Shown here piece by piece: positions 50,359-62,139 of a DNA stretch of 64,000 nucleotides (the stretch's first letter is position 1; each line of letters begins with the position of its first letter). A program made the position numbers and the translations under genes. The notes under the pieces were generated by a model. That model saw nothing but the letters and a program-made list of their open reading frames with translations, made no database searches and was not told the DNA's origin. Source of the DNA: Saccostrea echinata (Eukaryota); contig NW_026889803.1 in the NCBI RefSeq assembly GCF_033153115.1, positions 39,928,001-39,992,000 on the forward strand, read 5' to 3'.

Positions 50359-52176
50359 ATGAATTTGAAAGGTATATGTCAACGTCGAACCGTAAAAATG
50401 ATGAACGTGAGGAAGGTACCTTTAATCATAGCACTGACTATAATGACACTTTTCTGTTCTATGTTTACACTTTACATGACAATGTTTAATCATGGACCAC
50501 CTTCTGAGATTATGGAAGCTAACAGACGTGTAGTGTTGAAACCTCAGAATTCCATAGAACTGGACTCGGAAGAAATAGATGAAGAAGAATCGGAAGCTGT
50601 CCGTTCTGCCAAACACTGGCAAAAATTTGTGGACGATAATAAATTTGTGGGTATTGGAGACGTGTACAACTCATGTGGTGAGAATTTGACCAATTTGGAC
50701 AAGTCTTTTGGTACTAGTAATTGAATAATTATGCAGTGGTTCACGGAATAATCTTTTGATTTTTTGTTTTACCTATGTAGATGATAAAGACAGAATTACA
50801 ATTGGAAAAGCAATAATGCTTCCCGATGAAGAAACGGGAGGGATAAAAGTTAGAACTTTCATCAACATCACCTTAGGTGAATAATATCTTCTTTTTTATA
50901 TATCCTAGCAACCATTAATTCAAAAGATGGGACACATTTGCATCTTTAAAAAAAAATCTTTTTTTATTGTGTACATATGAGTATGTGTCGAAATATGTCA
51001 AGTATGTATATGACCATTACATGACCAATCTTAGATTATAGTGTAACTTAGAAGTCACACAATTTACTTTTGTAGAACTTTCTTTTTCCCCAATATGTAT
51101 AAATTAGTAAGTTCCTATACTGTTTGTAACCATTTGAAAAATGAAAATGCTCTTTACTACAAAATATTTTCCAAACATACATGTCTGTCCGCTGGAATAA
51201 ACGTGAAAATGGAATTATATTTCAGAGAAACCATTGACAGAGGGAGAATTTCTCGTAGATGTCAAATACAATGGTAAAGATCTGTACGACAACCACTGGG
51301 AATTCTGTACAATAGATGAAAACCAAGAGGTTCGTCAAGTATTCTGTCCTTACAAACCGGGATTTTATTCATGGGCAACAGACAAAAAGATTCCAAAGTT
51401 CATTCCAAAGGTAAGACGTTAGAAAATTTTTATTGAAGCACAACAATTTTTTTTTAGATATTTCACAACTTCTGGGTATACAGACAGAAAAAAACACATT
51501 CATTTGACTTTAAAGCGAAAAACGAAATCGAAAAACTTTGTACTTTATTGTGCACAATTTTTCCGACATTAAAAACCTTTTGGAGGAGTTTATGATGATT
51601 GTAGAGAAAGTATAATCCCTTCCGGTGAACCCTACTTAACCTTTAATTGCAGTGATATCCAGTATCTTTGGTAAAGATCATCTCAATGAATCACTTGAAA
51701 TTTTTACAAACAATAAAATGTGATCTATTAAAAAATGCACAGCTTATTAAATCATGTGCTGAAATTGTTTCAGTTTAGAGGCTTTGATGACTAGCATCTA
51801 ATGCAAGGGATAGTGTCAAGAAGGACCTTTTGATTGAGACCACAGGCCTTCAGATCGCTTTAACCCGACTGACAATCTTAAGGGGGGGTATAAAAAAAGA
51901 ACCCCCAGTATGTCGGTCTGGTTAAAGCGATATAAAGGCCTGTGATCGAGACCACTATTTTCACTATCTGATCTCAAAATTCATTCCTGTCTAAAAAAAA
52001 AATGGCAAAACATGCTACTGTTATAAAAGCATCCATTCCAAATTTTCCAAATGTAAAAAAAAATTACTATTTTGTGTTTTTTTTTTTGTTAAAAGGGTAA
52101 ATATGAGACTCGAGCTTGGTTAAACGGTGACGATGGAAAACTGTTGACTTGTGGGCTGACGACATTTGTTTTATAA
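50359..52176 (+). CDS. ML-like domain protein B (tandem paralog of A), 226 aa; exons 50359-50677, 50781-50876, 51226-51410, 52096-52176
   Basis: Same intron phases as gene A and identical exon 2 (96 nt) and exon 4 (81 nt) lengths. Shared motifs: FNHGPP, RSA..W..F...N.FV.IGD.Y.SC, GKDLY.N.W.FC, FCPYKPG.YSW, IP...PKG.Y, CG...FVL*. The start codon could be one of several nearby Mets. Confidence 0.8.
51811..51956. mobile_element. Short foldback element in ML-B intron 3
   Basis: cacaggccttcagatcgctttaacccgactgaca and tgtcggtctggttaaagcgatataaaggcctgtg are imperfect inverted arms. Confidence 0.55.
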
Positions 52177-53995
52177 TAAATGAGGACCCTCACGCCTTAA
52201 CAATGCAGAGAAAACTGTTTTTGTATTACATGTATTTATCTTTATGGATCTTGCATTAATACACTGTACTATGATATTGTTCATGATTGAGTAAAAGGTG
52301 GTCTTGTTAATAACCCAAAATGATTATACTCGTTTTCTTTAAATATGTATCAGGGATGTTGCATTTATATGACGCGTGTTGCTTTGATTTTGTCTCGTTT
52401 TAGAGTTGTATTAAAATATTCCACTCTAAATACCCTGTGTAAATACTCGTATATTTATTAACTTCATGTACATTAATTTTCTTCAACCATTATTCAGACT
52501 TTGTTCCACTTTTTGTTTTATTTGTATATGTGTAACCCCCCCCCCCTCTTTTTTTAAATACGAAAAATACATTACATATATATTTTTTATGCACATGTGA
52601 TTACCTCGGTTAGGAAGAAATTCATTACATGTATTAAATTATTCTTTTTATGGGCATTGATTTCCTCGATGATGAAGTAATACATTGCATGTATATTATT
52701 TTTAATGTAGGTGTGATTATCTCGCTTATGAAGAATTACTTTTTTCCCCATTAAGATTTTTTGCAGTATTTCTCGAAACAATGCATCTTTTCTGAAAGTG
52801 TATGGAAAATATCTTCATTTAAAGAGAAATATGTACAGATATATCTTTTCTGGATTTTTTTTAACAAAAAGGGTTTTATTTTTCTTTCTTTCTTTTTCTA
52901 AAGATGCATATATTTGCTGATGAATTATCAATGAAAGAAGTATTACATGTAAAGTTGAACATATTCATATGTATACCGATGTTAGAATTATTTGTAATCA
53001 AAGTCTTTCATCTTACTCGTAAAAGTACGCCTAACCCATGTTAAAAAGGTTATAAATATATACATGGATATATTTTTGTTTATGGGACATAACATTTCTT
53101 TTATTAGAGATAATAGCTTAATGAAAGAGATGTCTTGATCTAATTTGTTAATGTACTCATAGTATAGAAGTTAAAATAAATCTGAATGTACATGTATGAA
53201 TAATAAAACTATTGTTAAATAAAAGTAACAGAGAATTATGGTTATTTTGTTCATGGTGTTGAATATAAGGTACTCTTCATCAATAATTACATGTATTTAA
53301 AATGCAAGTTTGTGAAAAATGATCATTATTATAAAATCTTATTCTTAGAACGTAGCTGCAGGACTCTTTGTTTATATAATGTACTAGTATTCCCTTTAAT
53401 GGCGTTATATTGAATACATTCTTTTTCGCTAGTAAAGGAGGGGGAAAAGCGAACAATTATGGGATAGTTTAAAGGTCTTGTGTACTGTGTACATAACGTA
53501 TAGATTATTAGTATATTGATTTTATCAGATAACTGTACCTCTGAAAAGATCTGGACTGTATACGATCGTTGTACTTTTTTATTCATGCAAACAGATGACC
53601 CTAATTTTTGACTTTTTATAGTAAGTGTATTAGCACGGAGCCTTTAAAATTGCTATCTTTCACCAGGGACCTATATACTATAGGTCCCTGCTTTCACTAA
53701 TCTATCACAAATTTTTATAGCGTATATATAAAACATGGATGTATTTTGCTATTAAATGTATCGAAGTTTTATATCAAATATATTATTAAAACTACTTCAA
53801 AAATACTTCCACAAAAAGGGGCCCCACTCTCTCTTTTCCTAAAGGGGAGATAATGTTATAGGATAAAAAGTTAAGTACCGGTGATAAAAGTATATTTCAA
53901 TGACGAACCTGGGTGACAAAATAAGGACGATTTGGAAAAGAAAAGCAGAGTACCTTTCTCGTTGGCGGAGGGTGGGTGGGCTCGAATCTCTTCTA

Positions 53996-54920
53996 AACAA
54001 GAGACCCATGGACCTTGAGGGTCACCTATGTATTATGAGTTTTTCAGGTTTTGACCAATTTGGACCTTTCACCTGGAACTGGACTTACGTGACAAAAAAT
54101 TTACAGTTGATGAAGACTCTGTAAGATTAACATATTCATACAGTTTTTGTCTCCTATATAAGTTAAGGAGTAAATAAGACAAGGTACGTAAAACTATGTA
54201 ATAAATTCCAATATACATATATGTCCAACTTATCCCCACCCTAGGTCCTGAAACCTGTTCCGGGAACATGAATTTATATTTTTTGAAGAGGGCCGGGTTA
54301 GCGGCTCATTATAAAAAAGCAAACAATTTGTCCGCTACATAGATATGTGAACAAAATTAAGGAAGATTTTCAAAGATCTAATTTATCTTAAAATTATCCT
54401 CATCCTAGGGCCTAAATCATTGGCCAAGGGACCATACTTTTTACGAATTTGGTAGAGAATTTAGGCCATAATCACCAAACAAGACTATAAACTGAGAACA
54501 GACTCAAGTAAATATTTTAAACCAGTAGAAGTTGTGAAATAATTTTGATAATCAAGCAAAATTTCAACATGTGTTTATATCTGATAACTAGTATTATACT
54601 AACCTGCAATTTAAAAAATAAGAATGTATGTGAAAAAAAAAAAAAGCTTTAAGTCTGTTCTCAGTTTATGGTCTTGAGTCCACAACTAAATAAGGCTTGA
54701 TGTATGGGTGTAAAGATTTTTGAAGCCTGTAATAAATTTGATGATTCTGATTCCACCCCTCAGGCCACAGGAAGGCAGAGGCCAAATTCAATTTTACAAT
54801 TTTTGTTCCTTTTTGCCCATACAGTGTATATGTTATATACCAAAATGGGTTGGAATTGGTTTTGTAAAAACAATCTGCGATTCCAGGGAAGATGAAAACA
54901 TTCAAAAGTTAATGACAAAC
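53996..54920. mobile_element. Old, degenerate HINE-like element
   Basis: Terminus aacaagagacccatggaccttgagggtcacct resembles the other HINE ends in the window; the body is decayed. Confidence 0.4.
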
Positions 54921-55448
54921 ATAGAAACTGCCATTCTTTCTATAATATTGAGGGGTACCCATCTCTTATGCGCAACTTCCTCTATACCACTGAATAAAAT
55001 TCAATGAAACTTTTACAGAATCTTTATTACATAGTGCCATTGTGCTCCTCCTATTTTACTTTTAGATCTGACACTTATTTCGAGTCTCCCATAGCAAAAA
55101 AGGACTTTGCCATTATAGTCATATAGGAGGCGGGGGTATCATTTTGTGAGCTCAGTGCTCACAGTACCGTACCTCTTGTTCATATTTTTATCGAGGGAAA
55201 ATTTATAGTTTTGGAATATGAAAAACGAAAATAACAGAACAGTTGAGATCATCATTTTACTATATAAGATGTATAAAAAATAACATCAAAAACAAACAAA
55301 TAACAAACAAAAAATATGGACCACATTGATCGCCTGTATTGTAACAATCACTGATGCTGTCATGTCTTCTGAGCTGATTTTGAAGTAAACAAAAGTTGAT
55401 TCACATTTCTACAGCTTGATTCAAATTTCTACAGATTTATTCATATCT

Positions 55449-56705
55449 CTACATCAGGGAGATGCAACGGAGGCGAAAACAAAGGGCGTCAACTTCCATC
55501 TGTAAGATAAATAAATAGCCTAAGGAATGGTTTCTGGAATCTTGTCAAACTTTCATATAAACTATAATATGTAAAGGTACACTTTAAATGTGGTCCTTTA
55601 ATTCTGCTACTCAAAATTCGACAGTTTAACGCATCTTACCGGCTCTAAACATCTTCCTAATTCATCAATGTGCTTGGTCTGAAATTGAATATTCAATTAT
55701 ACATTAAATCTTCAAATTAAATAGTATATACAGTTGCAATAAATAACAAAATCACTTTTTAATGCATCATTAAAGTACAGGTGTTGTTGGATTGTAATAT
55801 TGACCATATGATTGCTTAAATTTTATTTGAAAAGATATATTCAGATACCGGTATTACCTTTTTTATTGAGTATTTACTCTCCTTTTCGTAAGGAAACTCT
55901 CGTTTTAACACCCACGAACTAATCTCGAGTGGTGCTGGTTGAGGCTGGGGTCTATTTCGTCGTTTGAGCTTCCCTCTCACCTGCAATAGTAGACAAAGAT
56001 GTGTTAATGCTGTTATGTTTCTGCATATACGTAACCTCTTTTGCACAGATTCTTTAGTCAACTCAGTAAAATGATATTCTTTTACATAAATCTTACCGCT
56101 GTAAGAGGTGGTAGTCTGGTCAGTTTTGCTACAAGCAAAATCCTGTCTTGTTCAATGTCCATCTGAAAAATAACGTATTCGTGATTAAACATACCTCAGT
56201 GAAATTCTCCTCCCTTCCCATACTTTTATTTTCGCCCTTTACCATCCTAACCCAAATAGGCAAAACTGACCCTTGCGCTAAAGCAAGCTTAAATTGGTGA
56301 ATTTATAGGACATGCGAAAAATTCCTAGCATAAAAAACATTCATTAAACGAAATATTGCAATAGGCCTATAGATACTAGTAAGTGTATTAAACAATAACG
56401 AATGTAACAGAGAGATATGTTAAAATTTAATTTACAATTTTTATATAATACATTGTACAAGGCAGTACTCACCGACTCAACTGATCTTCCGTACGCATCA
56501 ACTACTCGTGCCTAAAAATGTAACAATAATTTTAAGAAAATATTTGCCATTTGACAGAGGCGAAAAAATTTAGCTACAAGAAAAAAAATTCTGCTTTAAT
56601 CACGGTACACAGAAATTAAAAACGCCCAGCTTACATTTAAAAATACGTCAAAATTACCTTCTTTGTTGCGTAAAGATGCTCCGATTGCTCACTTGATCGC
56701 TTCAT
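55449..56705 (-). CDS. Uncharacterised 121-aa basic protein with an internal repeat (copy 1); exons 56658-56705, 56473-56511, 56097-56162, 55858-55980, 55640-55678, 55449-55499
   Basis: Six exons, each a multiple of 3 nt with canonical AG/GT boundaries, give MKRSSEQSEHLYATKK|ARVVDAYGRSVES|MDIEQDRILLVAKLTRLPPLTA|VRGKLKRRNRPQPQPAPLEISSWVLKREFPYEKESKYSIKK|TKHIDELGRCLEP|MEVDALCFRLRCISLM*. The last three exons are preserved in frame in a second copy ~7.8 kb away. Confidence 0.75.
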
Positions 56706-56769
56706 TGTAATTTTATAAAATTAAAAAATATCTTGAACTGTAACGAATGTGTTGCCACAAAGTATAACA

Positions 56770-56838
56770 GAATATATACCGAATCAACGTCGTCGCATTG
56801 TGACGTCACAATCATTTTCTATTCATATTGTTACGTCA
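56770..56838 (-). promoter_or_regulatory. Putative promoter of the uncharacterised gene: TATA-like box, perfect CRE palindrome and a second CRE/ATF-like site
   Basis: TATATA at ~56773-56778; 16-bp perfect palindrome ATTGTGACGTCACAAT (56797-56812) containing TGACGTCA; TTACGTCA at 56831-56838. All lie within ~135 bp upstream of the ATG. Confidence 0.55.
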
Positions 56839-57882
56839 TAGCAAATGTTTATTTTCGTATTTACAAGAATATGTGATTTATTGTGCATAATCATTAAAAC
56901 AAGTTGTATCTTTAAATATTTATTTCATCCTACAATATTTCAAATCTTCATACTTCTAATAATGCAGTTGAAATGTCTCAATTAAAGGCGTATTAAATAG
57001 CTCATTTAATTGTAACAGGTTACTTACATCGACTAAAGGTGCTCAAGTACTGAGCTTTCAAAATTATACTCGCTCCCATATGATTATAATGGCAAGGTGC
57101 ATTTCTTGGCAGTATGTAAAGAGATTTTTTGAAAGTTCCATTGAATTTCACTCAGGGGTTCAGGAGGATGTGTGTTAAAAAATAAACACCCCTTTTATCG
57201 AGTGTAATGGCAAAGTCCATGTTTTCTATGGAAAATCCAAAATATCTACGTAAAATAAAAGGTGCACAATGGCACTAGATAATAAGGATTCTGTCAAAGG
57301 TCGCATTAATTTTTTTTCAGTGGTATAGGAGGAGTTGCGGATAAGAGATGGGTACTTCCAATATCAAATTAAAAAAAGGCAAAGTCCATACATGGTTTGC
57401 TACAGGAAAACCCCAAATATCTTTCAGATCGAAGGGTAAACATTGCCAGGTGCTTTTACATTATATGTTGTGGTTTCTTTATGTTGATAAGACGCTTTTG
57501 CATTATACATGTATGCTGCTTTTTTCTTTATAAGATGACTTTGAAGTATATGGTTATATTTCGTAATGTTTATTATAAAAATCCATCACACAAGGCAGCT
57601 TTGGCGTGCATGTTGTTCTCGATCTCTGTCAATAAATGTTTTAATATTTTAATTTGTTGAATATGAGTACTCTAAATGTGATCGTTATTTCATGAAGCTG
57701 CTAATAATTATTTTGTATTTAAAATAAATGAGTATATTGAACTACATATATTTAAAAATCATATCATTGATGAATGTGGCACCTCATCTGAAGGTGGTGA
57801 ACAACCCTCGCAAACTCGTATACTTCTAAATACAGTAACAAACAAACGTTAGAAATAAGATTCTTGAATCATTAACAAATGT

Positions 57883-57986
57883 TATATTCAAATACAGACG
57901 GCTAAATTCGAATGGGGGATCCGACTTCTCCCTCCTGAGACAAGAGTCAGGTTCCCTATTCGAATTCTGCAAAGATTTCAATATAC
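57883..57986 (+). ncRNA. Pre-miRNA-like hairpin (candidate)
   Basis: 57905-57927 pairs with 57944-57966 (23 positions, 4 G-U pairs, 1 mismatch) around a 16-nt loop, with a basal stem tatattcaaat/atttcaatata. It matches no miRNA I can recall. Confidence 0.3.
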
Positions 57987-58633
57987 GCTGGAATAAGGAG
58001 AGGATCAAGTGACAATTACTATGTCATGTTTGCACAAACAATAAAATTTATTAAAGCACAACTGTAGCTAAAAGAATAAATTTTATTAAAAATTACATCG
58101 CTCTCTCAACGTTTGCATTTTTTGTCTGTACTTCCTCCATCAGTAACGCAGTTAGGCATCTAAAGTGAAGTACATCAACATACCATTTAGACCCCCACCC
58201 CCAAAAGTCGACAGGACGGAATTTGCCCCAATCATAGCCCCCACCCAAACAACTAAATAAACGATGGAGACGGGATGAACCTAAATTATATCGTTAACGA
58301 ATTTCAAATTCATCTGTGAATGCGCAATAAAGTCTTTTTTTCAACCAATTTTGTGGATGAATTGTGCCAATTTTCCACTTTTTAATTTTTAGAAGGGGTC
58401 AGGCGATCCCGTCTATTGGTTTACTGTCAGTCGAAACCTCAAACGGAAGCCGCGCGTGTTTGCAAAAATATATCTTAATGCTCGAATTAATCTTTTTGAC
58501 TATCTTTTTCGATTTTATATAGACATTATAGACGTACACCTACTACTCTGGGGCAACGAAAACCTATCATTAGAGATTAACAATGGCATTTTTTTCCGTT
58601 TGTTCACAATTGCAAGTTCATAACTGAATCCTC

Positions 58634-59310
58634 CAGGCGCGTAGACAGAATGGGAGTGAAGTGTACGCAGAGAGTCTGCCCTGAGGCCCCCAGTAGGCGA
58701 AGGACGAAGCCCCCCCCCCCCTGGAAGCTCCTGGGTTTTACCAAATATTTCAATCACTTTCTTGCAAGAAATATCATGCTCTTTCGCTTTTCTTTAGAAA
58801 TAAAAGACTTAGTAATATTGTTTTAACGGAAAGTTTAACTTCCACGGAAACTTATTTTTACGTGTACTTGAGGCTGAATATTTTATCAATATGTATTGGT
58901 CTGCACTATAATATAATATTCAGCAACAATTAAATATAATAAAATGTTAGTAGACAAACAATTATTTTAAATCATATACTATTTGATCAAGCCATTTAGC
59001 GATATGATTAAAATTTAATTTTTCAAATATCCTTAAAAATTGTCAATCTGTTATAGAACACTTACAAACCAATGAATGAGTTATTTGGATTTGGCAATGA
59101 TTTAATAATACATTCCAAATTTGATTGTATAGACATGATACTGCAAAATTTTATTCGAAATAATATGACAAAAATAATTTGAAACAAAAATACTTGCTCG
59201 ATGATATTGAGATTTTCTTTCTCTGAATAACTCTCTCTCTCACCTATATTTCTTTTTTTGTTTTTGAAAATGGTGTGTAGGCACTTGCGGATAGGCAGCT
59301 ACGCGCACCG
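58634..59310. mobile_element. Probable short-TIR non-autonomous DNA transposon
   Basis: Ends caggcgcgtagac... and ...gctacgcgcaccg are imperfect inverted repeats. GC-rich gaggcccccagtaggcgaagg...cccctggaagctcc sub-terminal block. Confidence 0.4.
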
Positions 59311-59390
59311 TTTACATAGCTAACTTACAACTATGTTATTTGAATATGTTTTTTGAAATTTTGCACGACAATTACATGTATGCGTTTTAT

Positions 59391-60178
59391 TTAAAGGTGC
59401 TTAGACACAGATTTGAACTTAATATTTTCTCAAATTTTCTGTATAATATCACGACTTATATATTGCAATAGCATTTCACATGAAAATACAATTAAAAACT
59501 TATTTTATCTGGAAATTATTGGAACTACGAATTCCGGGACGAGTTTGATTAACACATCTTTGCACTTACACAAATTTTGACTTTATCCTTAATATTTAAG
59601 AAAAGAAGCGATTTTGTTATGTATTAATGAAAAATATTACATCTATAATCCAGAAAATTCAGAGTAGAAATGTTCGAAAGCAAAACCAACTCACCAGTAT
59701 TGTCAGTCCGTGCTCTGTGATGTGCACAGAGTTTAACAAATGGAACACACCCGTGAAACGTAAACTGTTTTTGTAAACAGGGCACGAGCTCTTTTATTGT
59801 TAATGTTTACGATTCACCGGGTGTGTTCAATTGTTAAACTCTGCACACACCACTGAGCACGGACTTACAATACTGTGAGTGGGTTTTGCTTTCGAACATT
59901 TCTACTCTGAATTTTCTGAGTTATAGTTTTAATATTTTTCATTAATACACAACAAAATTGCCACTTTTCTTAAGTATTAAGAATAAAATTAAAATATGTG
60001 AAAGCGCAAGGATGTGTCAATCCAACGCGTCCAGAAATTAGAAGTTTTAATAACTTCGAGATGAAATAAGATTTTTATTATATTTTAGTATGAAATGCTA
60101 TACCAACATATAAGTCATGAAATTATACAGAAAATTTGAGAGAATGTTAACTTAAAATCTGTGTCCAAGCACCTTTAA
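59391..60178. mobile_element. ~790-bp foldback element with TTAA ends, copy 2
   Basis: TTAA|AGGTGCTTAGACACAG ... CTGTGTCCAAGCACCT|TTAA; collinear with, and highly similar to, 23466-24257. Confidence 0.8.
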
Positions 60179-61313
60179 GGAGAGAAACCAGCAAGTTGTT
60201 AGAATTTGTTTCCAAACCTATTGATTGTCAATTAAATACATGTATGTTCAAACATAACAAGGAGATGGGTGAAGAAGGCGTGTAGAATGCCTATAGCTTC
60301 AGATATGTAAAAATCTTATTCAATTTGTGAATTAAGTATTTAGAGTAAAATTCTCATTATCGAAATTTATGAATTATGATAAAAAAAAACTTTTCTGAGG
60401 AAAATTTTATCGGCAAAAGTTATGTGTATGTTATTAAAAAAATAATGTGGTATTCGTGGGGTTCGAACCCTAGCAATAAAAATCCCAAGTATCATTTTCC
60501 TTTGAGACTAACACTCTAAACCAATACGTTACACAGCTCTTGAAGATTTGTGGCATTTAAATCATATTTGTGATATGACCCTTGACTAAATAGACCAAGT
60601 TTTTCTCGGAAATATGAGAATGTTGTGTCATAACAGTGTATTTTTAAGGTATAGTGGGTCATTGCTCCATAGTTTTGTTGACCAAAAAATGTAAATTTTT
60701 TGGCAAACTTTGAGGATAAACTTTTAAAAATATGGAGCGAAGACCCATTCATAACGAAACATTGTGTTTTAGTATGAGAAAATGATCCTTTTTGCCCTCT
60801 CTAGTGTGCGTATGCCATTTCATAGGCAAAAATTTCAATCTTAGTGAGATTATTGCAAATTGTGGAGATTTTACATAAAGTATACTTTAATTTTAGATGA
60901 AATATCAAAGAAAATTTTGTTATAATTGAGATTTAATTTTTCACCTTCATTTTTGTTGCACTGTAGGCATAGCGCTCACCTTGTTTGCCCATCTTCTTTG
61001 ATCATTAGAGAACAAATGCAACATTTTATCATTAATGGATTTTTCATCATTATTAACAAGCCTAAAACATAAAAATGATAATCATAATTGTTAATGCCTT
61101 ACGTAACTTTTATTTGCACATTTTTTTTTAATTAAAAAAAAAATGGTATGTATATATTAAGAGAGTCCCGCCATTTCGAAGTCTTTGACAATAAGGGTTT
61201 GTTTGGTCCAAGCTTAAGTGTCGCTCTCAAGTCCAGTAACTGATGTGTGTACCATTCCTGAAAATGGGTGTTCAACACCATTTGCATTTAAAAACAACTA
61301 GAAATTCTAATTT

Positions 61314-61477
61314 AAACAATAAAATGTCTTTCTTTCTTTGTTAGTACGGGAATTAATGTCGCAGCTGTTGCAGAAAAAATACATAACCCGCGTAAGCGGG
61401 TTATGTGTATTTTTTTTCTGCAATAGCTGCGACATTAATTCCCGTACTAACAAAGAAAGAAAGACATTTTATTGTTT
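61314..61477. mobile_element. Near-perfect ~165-bp palindrome (foldback MITE)
   Basis: aaacaataaaatgtctttctttctttgttagtacgggaattaatgtcgcagc...cataacccgc-gtaa-gcgggttatg...gctgcgacattaattcccgtactaacaaagaaagaaagacattttattgttt. Confidence 0.8.
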
Positions 61478-61693
61478 ATATTTATATTGTTATTTAAAAA
61501 AAACATTCAAATTAAATTGAATATGTTAAATATTGTATTATAGATGTGTATGTCATTGTATGTATAATTGATGGAACAGCCTTTGCTTAAGAAATCTATG
61601 CAGGTGACTTGCTTAGTGGTTGTTTATGGACTGATTAACGGCAATGGTTTTTAGAAGAAATAAAGAAAATGATATTCAGTGGATGACATTCCA

Positions 61694-62139
61694 TACGGAA
61701 GCCGGTAGGTGCCAGGTAGAAAAATATTTTATTTGGCGGCCGCCAGATAACTTTCTGGCGGCCGCCAAATAAATATCTGGCGGCCGCCAGAAATTATCTG
61801 GCGGCCGCCGGATAAATATTTGGCGGCCGCCAGATAACTTATGTGGCGGCCGCCAGAAAGTTATCTGGCGGCCGCCAGAAATTATCTGGCGGCCGCCGGA
61901 TAAATATTTGGCGGCCGCCAGATAACTTATGTGGCGGCCGCCAGAAAGTTATCTGGCGGCCGCCACATAATTTCTGGCGACCGCCAGATAACTTTCTGGC
62001 GGCCGCCAGTTATTTATGTGGCGGCCGCCACATCTTTTTATCTGGCGGCGACCAGAAAATTATTTGGCCGCCGCCAGATAATTATTTGGCGGCCGCCAGA
62101 TAAAATATTTTTTCTACCTGGCACCAACCGGCTTCCGTA
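61694..62139. mobile_element. IS3EU-like MITE filled with 17 tandem palindromic ~21-bp units (14 perfect GCGGCCGC sites)
   Basis: ATTCCA|TACGGAAGCCGGTAGGTGCCAGGTAGAAAAATATTTTAT ... ATAAAATATTTTTTCTACCTGGCACCAACCGGCTTCCGTA|ATTCCA: ~40-bp TIRs, TAC...GTA termini and a perfect 6-bp TSD. Confidence 0.85.

Noticed and set aside
55449-55466. CaaX prenylation motif at the orphan C-terminus (CISLM / CISVL)
   Set aside because: Cys is fifth from the end in both copies, not fourth, so it is not a canonical CaaX box.
60445-60520. tRNA-like B-box fragment (ggggttcgaaccc)
   Set aside because: No cloverleaf or A box can be built; probably a decayed repeat fragment.
61730-62100. CRISPR-like array of palindromic repeats, and ORFs 61843-62103 / 61931-62140
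   Set aside because: The spacers are only a few bp and themselves repetitive, there are no cas genes, the context is eukaryotic, and the array lies inside TIRs with a TSD. The ORFs are by-products of the repeat.
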